A stretch of 58,199 nucleotides of DNA from a virus (IMGVR_UViG_3300044724_011157:1-58199); one strand, 5' to 3'; shown: positions 46,663 to 55,757, counted from the first letter of the stretch. The notes: a model not told the origin generated them from the sequence alone. Numbers and translations are program-made.

Positions 46663-48173
46663 AGGTCAGGTATTTCGTCTCCATTTGCAAGAAGAGCTCC
46701 AACGCCTTCCGAATCCATATGATTCACCATGTCTTGAAGATCTCCGCACTCGCCAATGTTAAAATTATTCATACTTAAGTTTATATAGTTCTTTCGCTTT
46801 GTGCCGTCCGGCATTTCTACTGGTTGGGTCGCTCGATGAACGTCTTTGCCGAGCCATCTATATTTTAAGCAAATTAATTTATGAGTTCCAAACCCTTCTG
46901 GTTCAGATTGTATTTCATCCATAGCCTTTTGTCTTAAGAGAAAAAGATGAGAACAGAACTGCGTAACTTGGTCACTTCCTGCAACAATACTTTCATCGTC
47001 AACTATGCTGTCAGAGTTTCTGTTGTTTGTTATTCCAAGCCTGTTGCTTTGAACGCTTGTTAGCATTGCTACGGCAGGCTTCCCATTAAAGCAGAGCTCT
47101 TTTTGTATAAGCTGTTTAAATTTGTCTACCATTCTACCAATAGTTTCCCAACTACTGACTCCGCTTTGTCGCTCGTATGTAGTTTTAATATAGTCAAAGC
47201 TAAACAACATTGGGTTTCCTCTCCCTACTTCTGAGTAATAAAATCTCCTGATGATATTTATCATGCTGTCTACGCTATGGCCCCCAACATTGTAGTAGTA
47301 AAATTTAAAGTTTTTAATTTTTTTCCATGTTTGTCTTACTTTATCGACTATTTCATCTCCCGCCTGTCTCCACCTTCCTGTTTCGAGTAAGTGCATGGGT
47401 ACTCCCGATAAGGCTGCACATTGCCTGATTATTAGTTCTTCTTTGCTCATTTCTCCGTTATCAAAATGAAGTATTGGTACGTTGTTGTTTTGGGCTGAAA
47501 CTTTTGTGCAAAAGTCCATACAGAACTGCGTTTTTCCTACGCCTGCCCTAGCTACAACTACAGTAATGTTTCCTGGGCGAAAAAGAGATCCATAGAGCTC
47601 GTTTACTCTTTCGTGTGGCCCCATTAATCCAAATTCGTCAATAGGGTTGTTTCCTCTATCTTCAATAAAGTCTTCCATTTCATCAAAAAGATTTTCTGGC
47701 TTATTGGATCCAATTTCATACAAATTGATTTTATCATTATACTCTTTGTCTGCTATAGATACTATGTCATCATAACTACTTGAAGAGTTGATCGACTTCA
47801 TGCTTTTTGCGACTTTTACGGAAGCATCATGTATATCTCTTCTGACTGTATATTTTTTTAATTCTTTTGCGGCTTTAACTACTCCATCTTTAGAAATCTG
47901 CCTCATAGATAGGGCTTTAATATAATCCGCAATATTAATGTTATCTTCGAATGATATGTTTAGCGACTGTACTCTCTGCGCTAAAAGGACTTCGTCTAAA
48001 GAATCTCCCTCTTCGAGATTTTGGCGCAAGACACAAAATATAGTTCTATTGACTATAGAATTTTTATCAAAAAAATCGTTTTGATCTATAAATGGAGCTA
48101 CTAGTGGGTACGAATCTGGGTGTTTAATTAAACCTGCTATTAAGTGCTGCTCAAGTTCATAAGAATATATCAT
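46659..48173 (-). CDS. dnaB: replicative DNA helicase
   Basis: N-terminal E..LIA.LI, Walker A ARAGVGKT, EMSKEEL, FDYI and QSNR. Confidence 0.9.
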   Translation of the reverse strand: MIYSYELEQHLIAGLIKHPDSYPLVAPFIDQNDFFDKNSIVNRTIFCVLRQNLEEGDSLDEVLLAQRVQSLNISFEDNINIADYIKALSMRQISKDGVVKAAKELKKYTVRRDIHDASVKVAKSMKSINSSSSYDDIVSIADKEYNDKINLYEIGSNKPENLFDEMEDFIEDRGNNPIDEFGLMGPHERVNELYGSLFRPGNITVVVARAGVGKTQFCMDFCTKVSAQNNNVPILHFDNGEMSKEELIIRQCAALSGVPMHLLETGRWRQAGDEIVDKVRQTWKKIKNFKFYYYNVGGHSVDSMINIIRRFYYSEVGRGNPMLFSFDYIKTTYERQSGVSSWETIGRMVDKFKQLIQKELCFNGKPAVAMLTSVQSNRLGITNNRNSDSIVDDESIVAGSDQVTQFCSHLFLLRQKAMDEIQSEPEGFGTHKLICLKYRWLGKDVHRATQPVEMPDGTKRKNYINLSMNNFNIGECGDLQDMVNHMDSEGVGALLANGDEIPDL

Positions 48174-48179
48174 TCTTAC

Positions 48180-48208
48180 ATGATAGCAAAAAAAGCTTAA
48201 ACAGTCAA
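48180..48208 (-). promoter_or_regulatory. sigma70-like promoter of the dnaB operon
   Basis: TTGACT-N17-TATCAT with TGn; ATG follows after 6 nt. Confidence 0.72.
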
Positions 48209-48486
48209 GGGGATTCTTCTTCTCCTGTATCTTTTGGAAAGTTTAGCTCTATTTCTTGCGCGGACATTTGATCTAGATACTGCTCTAGCGCTTTCCTTAA
48301 GCCTATTTCTATGATAGGTGAATAGGCTTTGGTTATAACCGACGGAAAGCCGTCTTGATTAACAAAAGACAAGATAAAACCTCCGTCTGATTTGGAGGAG
48401 CCCGTAAACTCAAAAAGTTGTTTTAAAATATTTTCTGGAATATAAAACTCCTCAAGGCTTTCTGGATCAATGTAATCTTCGCTCAT
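48205..48486 (-). CDS. hypothetical protein
   Basis: 93 aa acidic ORF; GTGTA (48496-48500) 9 nt upstream. Confidence 0.6.
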   Translation of the reverse strand: MSEDYIDPESLEEFYIPENILKQLFEFTGSSKSDGGFILSFVNQDGFPSVITKAYSPIIEIGLRKALEQYLDQMSAQEIELNFPKDTGEEESP

Positions 48487-48503
48487 AATATATTATACAC
48501 AGA

Positions 48504-48914
48504 TTATAAATTAACACCAAACTTTTTGAAAAGTTTTTCGCTCAACTCATCTCCGTCGTATATTTCAACAAGTTGTATGTCATTGATTTCACAAAACTTT
48601 AATTTATCTTGGTCGCGCTTTAATTGATTGAGATAGTTAATCTTGTTTTTGCCATGAAAAAATGGGACATATTTTGTGTGCTGTTTTCCTTGAACTTCTA
48701 TTGCTATCTTTTTATTTGCGTTGTAGAAGTCAAGAGACAGTTTTGTTCCTGCCACAGGAAACTCTTCAAACACAATATGTTTGTTCCAATATTGCTTAAG
48801 AAACTGCTTTGCGTTGAATTGTATTTTACTGCGACTTGGACCGTCCCAATCGATTAGATGATTTTTTGCTTTCTTAACAGTGCGAACCGCGCCTGTTAAA
48901 GTTTTAAAGCGCAT
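48504..48914 (-). CDS. DUF559/Vsr-like endonuclease
   Basis: EEFPV...LDFY....IAIEVQGKQH...RDQDK..FC....I.LVEI. Confidence 0.75.
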   Translation of the reverse strand: MRFKTLTGAVRTVKKAKNHLIDWDGPSRSKIQFNAKQFLKQYWNKHIVFEEFPVAGTKLSLDFYNANKKIAIEVQGKQHTKYVPFFHGKNKINYLNQLKRDQDKLKFCEINDIQLVEIYDGDELSEKLFKKFGVNL

Positions 48915-50010
48915 TGGTTAACTTCTGAAAGTCTTCGTATAAAAACTCAGACAAGTCTTCGTTTTCTTCGAGAAAGTCGATGAGGCGTTGCTCACCCTGA
49001 AACTTTTCATTGATCTCAAATTTTTTATCGGCAAGCTCTGAGATGAGATCTTCACTTACAGAAATCCAAGCACCTTTCTTGTCTATCAATTTAAACAGAT
49101 AAAGCATGTCTAGTATTTCTCGAGCTCGCCAAATTGACTTGCCATCTTTTTTGCCGTATTGAATTGGATAGCGAACGGTTGATCCTGTTTTTTCATTTAC
49201 GCTCTTGCGAAAGCGAATTTTACAGTAGTGTCCAATTGGTTCCCCTTTGTCTTCAAGCTTGCTTGCTGTAGGATTTTTAAAAATTAAATCTGAGTTATAC
49301 CTCTCTTCGAATTCAAGAATGAAGTTGGCATAGTGTTTGATAGCGTTTCCTCCTGCCTGCTTGACTTTAGGTCCTCCTCGGGCAGCATATGGATTGGTTG
49401 CTACTTCCACGCGAACTTGACTTGTAAGGATCATCGTATGACCCATTTTCGTGATTGGTAGTACCATTTTTTTAAGGAACACTGATGTGATTAATGCGCC
49501 GCCTGCCACTTGTTCACTTTCTGCGAATGGCTTGTCAATATCTCCAATTCTACAAAGAGCATCAACACTATCAATAATAAACATATATCTTTTATCATCT
49601 TCGTTTTGAAGAACAAGCTCTCGAGTCAATTCAAATACTTTTTCAAAGATGTTACAATCAAAGCAAAAGAATTTATTTGGATCCGTGTCAATTCCTACTC
49701 GCTCGATCATTTCGGGACTCAATCGACCTTCGCTTTTGATGTATATTATCATTCCTTTGTCTCCGAAGTGTTTTTGGAAGTTTCGGGCAAATGTCATCGC
49801 ACAACTTGTTTTTCCGCCTTCATTTATTCCTGTGAATCGGTGTGCGCCATTTGGTAGCCCACCTCCGAGGGCGATATCAAGGTTAAGACTGCCGCTTGGG
49901 ATTTTGTAGTCTTCTGATTCGCAAAAGTTGTAGTGATACTTTTGATTATCTTTATCAGACAAGAACTTTGCGATTTGATCGGTTGTTTGAATTTCTTTTG
50001 TTTTATTCAT
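48904..50010 (-). CDS. recA: RecA/UvsX-like recombinase
   Basis: IPSGSLNLDIALGGGLP, GINEGGKT, IIDSV, SQVR, GGNAIKHYA and KKGAW. Confidence 0.9.
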   Translation of the reverse strand: MNKTKEIQTTDQIAKFLSDKDNQKYHYNFCESEDYKIPSGSLNLDIALGGGLPNGAHRFTGINEGGKTSCAMTFARNFQKHFGDKGMIIYIKSEGRLSPEMIERVGIDTDPNKFFCFDCNIFEKVFELTRELVLQNEDDKRYMFIIDSVDALCRIGDIDKPFAESEQVAGGALITSVFLKKMVLPITKMGHTMILTSQVRVEVATNPYAARGGPKVKQAGGNAIKHYANFILEFEERYNSDLIFKNPTASKLEDKGEPIGHYCKIRFRKSVNEKTGSTVRYPIQYGKKDGKSIWRAREILDMLYLFKLIDKKGAWISVSEDLISELADKKFEINEKFQGEQRLIDFLEENEDLSEFLYEDFQKLTNAL

Positions 50011-50335
50011 CTATAAATTGTCGTATTGTTTTTGGTTTTTTCGAGATTATTTTATCGTTTCCGGTTTTTTCTCCAATGGGTATCTCTATCTTGGGTGGTA
50101 TTTTGTAGTTGAACTCTCGATACTTTTTTCGAATTTGATTGAGGCCTTGATCTGATCTTAATACAGCAAGCGACGGAACTAACGCGATTGATACTTTGCT
50201 CCAGAATTCTTCACATGGAAACATTTCCATCAGGTCATTAAGAAGCTTCATTTCGCGAGCCCAGAATGTGCGCTTCTGTTTATCTGGTTCAATAACCAGT
50301 CTTTTTATTAAATCTCTTTTATTGAGTTTTTTCAC
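50003..50335 (-). CDS. hypothetical protein
   Basis: 110 aa basic ORF; GTG start 6 nt after a -10 element. Confidence 0.6.
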   Translation of the reverse strand: MKKLNKRDLIKRLVIEPDKQKRTFWAREMKLLNDLMEMFPCEEFWSKVSIALVPSLAVLRSDQGLNQIRKKYREFNYKIPPKIEIPIGEKTGNDKIISKKPKTIRQFIDE

Positions 50336-50341
50336 TAGACG

Positions 50342-50370
50342 AGTCTAGCATAAAACATGTCGTTCGTCAA
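50342..50370 (-). promoter_or_regulatory. sigma70-like promoter of the recA operon
   Basis: TTGACG-N17-TAGACT with TGn; GTG follows after 6 nt. Confidence 0.72.
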
Positions 50371-52355
50371 GAGGAAAATTTATAAACAGGCTTGCTTAAA
50401 TTATATTCTCTATTGCTTAGCTTGGGGTTAAGGAACTGGGTGATTTGTTGATTAAAGATTGGTTCTAGTTGGTCTATGTTTTGAGATTTACTATCTATGA
50501 TGCCTGAGAGTATTACCATATTTTGAATATCTGACTCTGAAAAACTTTGGTTTTTGGAAAAAGAATGACTTCCTTTATGTTTTGTTGAGTTGATGGTTAA
50601 TGTTTCTTGCGATCCAATTTTGTGAATTTTTATTGTTTTTGAATTTTGTTTTATTGCTTCTACTAGCTTATTGTTGTCTATGCTTGATTCTTGCAGTGAT
50701 TTGTTTAGTTCTTTTAGTTTGCTTAAAGACTTATTTAATTGATTGTTTTGTTGTTTTATTTCTTGGTTAGATTCTTTAAGTTCAGAGTTTTCGGCAGACA
50801 GTATACCTGTCTGGTTTTTGATTTTCGAAAATTCTTCAATGCTTAGGCATATTTCTGATTTAAGTTTCTCTATTTCTTTGTCTTGCCTGTTTCTTTTTTC
50901 TAGAACGAGTTTTATTTCTTTGGCACTAGAAATGGCTTTATCTGCTTTGCTTAATATTTGCTTTTTTTCTGTTTTTATTTTATCTATCTCTAGTTGAGCT
51001 AGCTGTTTTTCGGATAATAGTTTATCGAGTTCTGCTGAAATTTTTGAGGTATCTTCTTTTTCTAATAGTTCTTTTTGCGTTTCGAGTTTAAGTTGGCGCA
51101 ATGTTTCTTTATGTTCTGATATTTCATTTTGATATTTTTTAACTTGATTTTCGTTTAATTCGAGTATCTTTTTATCTTGCTCGAGGTCTTTTTTTCGCTC
51201 TTCTATTTCGAGCTGTTGCTGGTTTAAGGCTTTATTTTCTGCTTCAATTTCAGAAATCTTTTCAAATATAACCGATTCATCTTCCATCATCTTGGGGAAT
51301 TTTTTACTCAAACTTATATGCGCCGCAAGAACTAATAGTACGGCTAAAGGATCAAATACGAAAATCAATATAATTATTACTATTCTTACCGCTTTTCCGA
51401 TATCAAAATTCATTCCCGTGAAGTCAGTGATTAGTTCTGCTACATATTTAATTGGACCAACTTCTGCCTCTAGTTGGCGAGATCCATCATCTAGGTCAAA
51501 TTTCTCTAGCTCTAGGGAGTCAATTCGTTCTTGCGCATCTAGGATGTTCGAATTGTATTTTTCGATTTTAGCTTCTGTATCTTCTGGTTTGTCGAATCCT
51601 ATGTTTTGGTATTCTTGTATGCGTTTACGAATGTCAGATATAAGCGCAGAAGTTTCGTTTCTGTATTTTGATATACGGTCTTCAATGGCTTTTTTCTTTG
51701 CGCTAAGTTCTTCGCGTTCGCTTGCTTGTTCTGCGATTTTATTTTCTACGTCTTTCTTTTTATTTGAGAATAATCCGCCAGGTTTGTTTTTTGCTTCATT
51801 GAGCTCTGCATTTAATTGGTTAATTCGCTCTTGAATTGGCGCGAGCATTTTGCTGTCCAACGCAATATCTTTTTCGAGCTGAGCTGTAAGTTGATCTATT
51901 TTCTTTTGTTCAAGATCAATGTTCTCTGCGCTTTTGTCGCTGCGATTTTGGTTTTTATCTTCGCTTTGTTGTATCAATTCTTTTTGTCGGATAATGTATT
52001 GCTTCTCACGATCAATCTTGGTCTCGACTTGAGTTACAAGCGCTGCAGCTTTCTCTGCGTGTTGTTCGTGCTCAATGTGAGACTTGGACAGAAAGCCAAA
52101 AATGCCCATACTGGTTATACCCATTAATACAACAATTGCCCCAAAGAGGTAAATTCTCAACATCTTGGGTGCAGTTTTCCAGTTTTTATGCAACCAAATT
52201 GCCGCAACAATTTTGCCGATCTCAAGCGCAGCACCCATGGCAATAACGGCTTCAATAGAACCAGGGAATATGGTCGCTAGCCCAATAATACTAAAGTAGG
52301 CTGCAATTACAGATATACTTAATGCAGATACGAGCGTTAATATCGAAAATAACAT
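50367..52355 (-). CDS. membrane protein with long coiled coils
   Basis: Three N-terminal TMs (AAYFSIIGL, LEIGK, TSMGIFGFLSK), coiled coil, EVGPIKY, TM IFVFDPLA, then a second long coiled coil. Confidence 0.7.
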   Translation of the reverse strand: MLFSILTLVSALSISVIAAYFSIIGLATIFPGSIEAVIAMGAALEIGKIVAAIWLHKNWKTAPKMLRIYLFGAIVVLMGITSMGIFGFLSKSHIEHEQHAEKAAALVTQVETKIDREKQYIIRQKELIQQSEDKNQNRSDKSAENIDLEQKKIDQLTAQLEKDIALDSKMLAPIQERINQLNAELNEAKNKPGGLFSNKKKDVENKIAEQASEREELSAKKKAIEDRISKYRNETSALISDIRKRIQEYQNIGFDKPEDTEAKIEKYNSNILDAQERIDSLELEKFDLDDGSRQLEAEVGPIKYVAELITDFTGMNFDIGKAVRIVIIILIFVFDPLAVLLVLAAHISLSKKFPKMMEDESVIFEKISEIEAENKALNQQQLEIEERKKDLEQDKKILELNENQVKKYQNEISEHKETLRQLKLETQKELLEKEDTSKISAELDKLLSEKQLAQLEIDKIKTEKKQILSKADKAISSAKEIKLVLEKRNRQDKEIEKLKSEICLSIEEFSKIKNQTGILSAENSELKESNQEIKQQNNQLNKSLSKLKELNKSLQESSIDNNKLVEAIKQNSKTIKIHKIGSQETLTINSTKHKGSHSFSKNQSFSESDIQNMVILSGIIDSKSQNIDQLEPIFNQQITQFLNPKLSNREYNLSKPVYKFSS

Positions 52356-52604
52356 TTAAAATTTAGCGTTTGGATATTTTTTGTTTTTGGGGTCATCAAT
52401 TTTGGAGAGACCTTCCCTGTTAGAGTTTGCATAATGTCCCCCGTTGTCGTTGGGACTGTAACCTACGTCACCTTTCTGTGCGGAGATGTCTCTGTTGTCA
52501 TTCGCATAAGGAGTGAATGACTGTTTTTTACCTTGAGTGTCTATGTATTCAAGAGGATCAATTCTCTCTTGTTTTTGATTGAATGATAGTGATGATGGTT
52601 CCAT
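52356..52604 (-). CDS. hypothetical protein
   Basis: 82 aa; GTGTA (52617-52621) 12 nt upstream. Confidence 0.55.
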   Translation of the reverse strand: MEPSSLSFNQKQERIDPLEYIDTQGKKQSFTPYANDNRDISAQKGDVGYSPNDNGGHYANSNREGLSKIDDPKNKKYPNAKF

Positions 52605-52623
52605 TATAGTAATACTTACACTT

Positions 52624-52800
52624 TTAAAAATCTATAATCTCAGACATTTTTACAGTTATATTTTGGCCGTTCTCAAGTTCTATGACTGCAAAAATTGCTC
52701 CATCATCTGGTCCTCCGATTTCTTCGTATTCGTTCACGATGACGCCCTTAATATTACCTTTTGGAGTTGAGACTATACATCTTCTTTTTTTTTCTGACAT
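52624..52800 (-). CDS. small beta-barrel (SH3/Sm-like) hypothetical protein
   Basis: Start placed at ATG 52800 (MSEKKRRCIV), 10 nt from GTGTA at 52811-52815; all-beta pattern. Confidence 0.55.
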   Translation of the reverse strand: MSEKKRRCIVSTPKGNIKGVIVNEYEEIGGPDDGAIFAVIELENGQNITVKMSEIIDF

Positions 52801-52832
52801 AAATAAGGTATACACAATATATTGTAGCGATA

Positions 52833-52881
52833 AAAGTATAAAGTTAACTTTTAACTTTAAATAGACTTTACTTTAACTTTT
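52833..52881. repeat. AAAGT/ACTTT repeat array with AAAGTTAACTTT palindrome
   Basis: Two AAAGT then five ACTTT copies in about 50 bp between divergent GTGTA elements. Confidence 0.55.
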
Positions 52882-52886
52882 GTGTA
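52882..52886 (+). promoter_or_regulatory. GTGTA element (candidate late promoter of the portal gene)
   Basis: 9 nt before the ATG at 52896. Confidence 0.6.
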
Positions 52887-52895
52887 TCATATTAA

Positions 52896-54878
52896 ATGAG
52901 CAAGAGAAAATATATAAAAAGGTCTGATTATTGGAATAAGTTTGAGTCTAGAAAAAATGAAGATATTTCGAGTTTAATAAATGTAAAAGACTGCGCGCCA
53001 GCTTCAGCTGGAGAGCCTTATTATGTTGAAACCTCTGCTTCGTGTTTAAGTCGATCAGGAAAGGCAAAAGAGTCGTCCTATTCGAGAGGTCCAAATGCAG
53101 AATCTAGAAATGGCGCCAGATTTGCCAATATAAGAGGGGGGTTGCTTCCTTATGTTTATGGAGTTGATGGAATAAATGTTAGGGACTCTATTGAGCTATG
53201 CCAAAAGGCCTATGCTAACATAGCTGTATTCAGAAACGCAATAGACGTTATGTCGGAATTTGCAAACTCAGATATTTATTTAGAGGGAGGAAGCGCTTCT
53301 GCTAGAGATTTTGTATATAAGTGGTTTGAGAAAATAAACCTATGGAATCTCAAGGATCAGTATTTTAGAGAGTATTATAGAAGCGGTAATATATTTCTTT
53401 ACAGAATTGATGGAAAATTTTCCAAAAAAGATTTTGATAAAATGAATAAAATATATGCTTCAGATTTAGCGTTAAAGCCTGGCAGAATACCTGTTAAGTA
53501 TATACTTTTGAATCCTTATGACATCGTTGCAAAAAAAGGGTCTTCGTTTCAAACTTCTGTTTACGAAAAAATACTTTCAGAGTATGATTTAGAAAGATTA
53601 AGGAATCCTAAGACAGAATACGACGAGCAGGTTTTGAAGTCTTTAGATGAAGATATACAGTCCAAGATTAAAAATGGCCAATACAATTCAGATGGGTTAA
53701 GTATTAAGCTAGACCCTGGGTTTCTGGTTTATTCTTTTTACAAAAAACAAGACTATGAGCCTTTTGCTGTTCCCTTTGGCTACCCTGTCTTGGATGATAT
53801 TAATTTTAAAATGGAGCTCAAAAAAATTGATCAAGCTATCTGCAGGACTATAGAAAATGTTATACTTTTAATTACTATGGGCGCAGAGCCGGATAAAGGG
53901 GGCTTGAATCCTAAAAACATGGAGGCTATGCAAAATCTTTTCAAGAATGAAAGTGTTGGAAGGGTATTGGTTAGTGACTATACGACGAAGGCAAATTTTG
54001 TTATTCCCGATATAAGTAAGGTTGTTGGTCCTAATAAATATGAGGTTGTTAATAATGACATTAAAGAGGGTTTGCAAAATGTGATTGTTGGAGACGAAAG
54101 ATATAGTAATACTCAAGTTAAGGCAAAGATATTTTTAGAAAGATTGGAGGAGTCGAGGAATGCATTTATGAATGACTTTCTGCAGCCTCAAGTAAAAATG
54201 ATATGCAAAAATCTTGGGTTTAGAAAATATCCTACGGTTAAATTTCAGCAAACAGATATAAAAGATGAGGTTCAACTGCAAAGAGTTGCGACTAGGTTAA
54301 TGGAACTTGGTATTATTACTCCAGAGCAGGGCATGGATGTTCTGGAGAAGGGTTTTTATCCAAAAGCAGATGAGCTTGTTCCCGCTCAAACAAAGTACGT
54401 GGAGCAAAGAAGGGATGGCCTGTTTAATCCTATTGTTGGCGGTGTGCCTATGATTGCTCCAGAAGTAAACGAAACAGAGCAGGTTGTTAAAAATGAGGTA
54501 GGAAGACCAGTGGGTACATCCGGTATACCCCAGGAGAATAAAAACACTTCCACTGCATTATATTCTGTGAAAAGTATACAGGATGTTGTTTATACTACCG
54601 AAGCCATCAAGAAAGAGGGTTATAAGAAAATGCGAGCAAAACTTTCTAAGAAGTCTTTATCAAAACAAGAAAAATCTATGATCGATGAGCTTGCCGCCTC
54701 TATAGTTGTTTCTTGCGAAAAAGATTCCTGGGCGCAAAAAATGTTTGAATGCATTGATAATCCCGAATTGTTATCAGAATTGAATACCATTCCTGAGATT
54801 TTAGATAGAGCTCAAGAACACGAACTAGATGATTATTCTGCGGCGCTACTTTATCACAGCGACAAAGATGCTAAATAG
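52896..54878 (+). CDS. portal protein (putative)
   Basis: 660 aa; AY.....FRNAIDVMSEF, EYYRSGNIFLY, LLNP, P.G.PVL and late F.......LG...P.VKF pattern of phage portals; GRP tail. Confidence 0.7.
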   Translation: MSKRKYIKRSDYWNKFESRKNEDISSLINVKDCAPASAGEPYYVETSASCLSRSGKAKESSYSRGPNAESRNGARFANIRGGLLPYVYGVDGINVRDSIELCQKAYANIAVFRNAIDVMSEFANSDIYLEGGSASARDFVYKWFEKINLWNLKDQYFREYYRSGNIFLYRIDGKFSKKDFDKMNKIYASDLALKPGRIPVKYILLNPYDIVAKKGSSFQTSVYEKILSEYDLERLRNPKTEYDEQVLKSLDEDIQSKIKNGQYNSDGLSIKLDPGFLVYSFYKKQDYEPFAVPFGYPVLDDINFKMELKKIDQAICRTIENVILLITMGAEPDKGGLNPKNMEAMQNLFKNESVGRVLVSDYTTKANFVIPDISKVVGPNKYEVVNNDIKEGLQNVIVGDERYSNTQVKAKIFLERLEESRNAFMNDFLQPQVKMICKNLGFRKYPTVKFQQTDIKDEVQLQRVATRLMELGIITPEQGMDVLEKGFYPKADELVPAQTKYVEQRRDGLFNPIVGGVPMIAPEVNETEQVVKNEVGRPVGTSGIPQENKNTSTALYSVKSIQDVVYTTEAIKKEGYKKMRAKLSKKSLSKQEKSMIDELAASIVVSCEKDSWAQKMFECIDNPELLSELNTIPEILDRAQEHELDDYSAALLYHSDKDAK

Positions 54879-55065
54879 AGTCGTAGTCAGCTTTACTACA
54901 AAATTTTGTTAGCTTGGTGCCGTCCTCGTCCACGGCTTTTAAGGCGTATCTGATTGAAAGCTTGCCGGTTTTGGTTGTTTTTTCGTAAGCATGTTTTGAT
55001 ACGGAACCTGCATCAACTTTAACTTTTTGTTTCTTTTTTACGTTATAAAATTCTATTTCTTTCAT
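54871..55065 (-). CDS. small basic putative DNA-binding protein (Cc1/DUF5679-like)
   Basis: 64 aa Lys-rich beta protein FYNVKKKQKV...TKTGK..RYALKA....GTKLTKF; GTGTA (55076-55080) 10 nt upstream. Confidence 0.5.
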   Translation of the reverse strand: MKEIEFYNVKKKQKVKVDAGSVSKHAYEKTTKTGKLSIRYALKAVDEDGTKLTKFCSKADYDSI

Positions 55066-55080
55066 ATTTTATATATACAC

Positions 55081-55698
55081 TTATTCTTGTATTTTTGGTT
55101 GGTTTTGAGTGATTTGTTCAAAGATTTTTTGTTTTAATTCTTCATTGGAATTATACCATTTGTACATGATATCAGCCTTTATTTTAGATATTTCTTTTTC
55201 TATATTGCTGATTGATTGCTCTATGTCTTTTATAAACTGCTCGGAGATATTTTTGAAATCTACATCTAGCTCTAGGGCAGCTTTTAATATTCCCCAGAAA
55301 TCACCTTTCTTTTTTCCCTCTACTGCGGCGCGGTATAATTTGTTTCTGTTTTTTATTTCTTTTTTATCTAGATCCTTGGTTTTGTCGGGGTGCGTTTCTT
55401 TTACAATCTCGCGATACAATTCTTTTGTTTCTTCGCTAGTTTTTTCTGGCAACTCCTTTTCTTCTTGTTTGTCTTTGGATTTTTCAGATAAGGGAGAAGA
55501 TATTTTTTTGTCGCTACAATATTGAAACATTGCTGATATAAACTCGGATCTTGCTTGGTCGTATTCTTCTGAAATTTCCTCATACTCTTCGCTTAAGTAT
55601 AGAGCTTTGTGTTTTAATTTTTTAAATTGTTTGCAGAGTTTTTTTTGATCGGTATTATTTGATCTTATGTTTATTTCATTTTTTTCTTGTTCAAACAT
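55081..55698 (-). CDS. J-domain (DnaJ-like) co-chaperone
   Basis: KELYREIVKETHPDK helix-HPD motif flanked by coiled coils. Confidence 0.75.
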   Translation of the reverse strand: MFEQEKNEINIRSNNTDQKKLCKQFKKLKHKALYLSEEYEEISEEYDQARSEFISAMFQYCSDKKISSPLSEKSKDKQEEKELPEKTSEETKELYREIVKETHPDKTKDLDKKEIKNRNKLYRAAVEGKKKGDFWGILKAALELDVDFKNISEQFIKDIEQSISNIEKEISKIKADIMYKWYNSNEELKQKIFEQITQNQPKIQE

Positions 55699-55731
55699 TT
55701 TAATTACAACCTTTCATATTTTATATTACAC

Positions 55732-55757
55732 AAAAAAGGCGGCCCAGATGGGCCGCC
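55732..55757 (-). terminator. rho-independent terminator
   Basis: Minus strand GGCGGCCCA-TC-TGGGCCGCC-TTTTTT, immediately followed by GTGTA (55727-55731). Confidence 0.85.

Noticed and set aside
16501-48173. Inteins or introns in terL, dnaE, nrdA or dnaB
   Set aside because: Lengths are ordinary and no C...HN splice motifs or homing-endonuclease inserts were seen; the dnaE split has no split-intein ends
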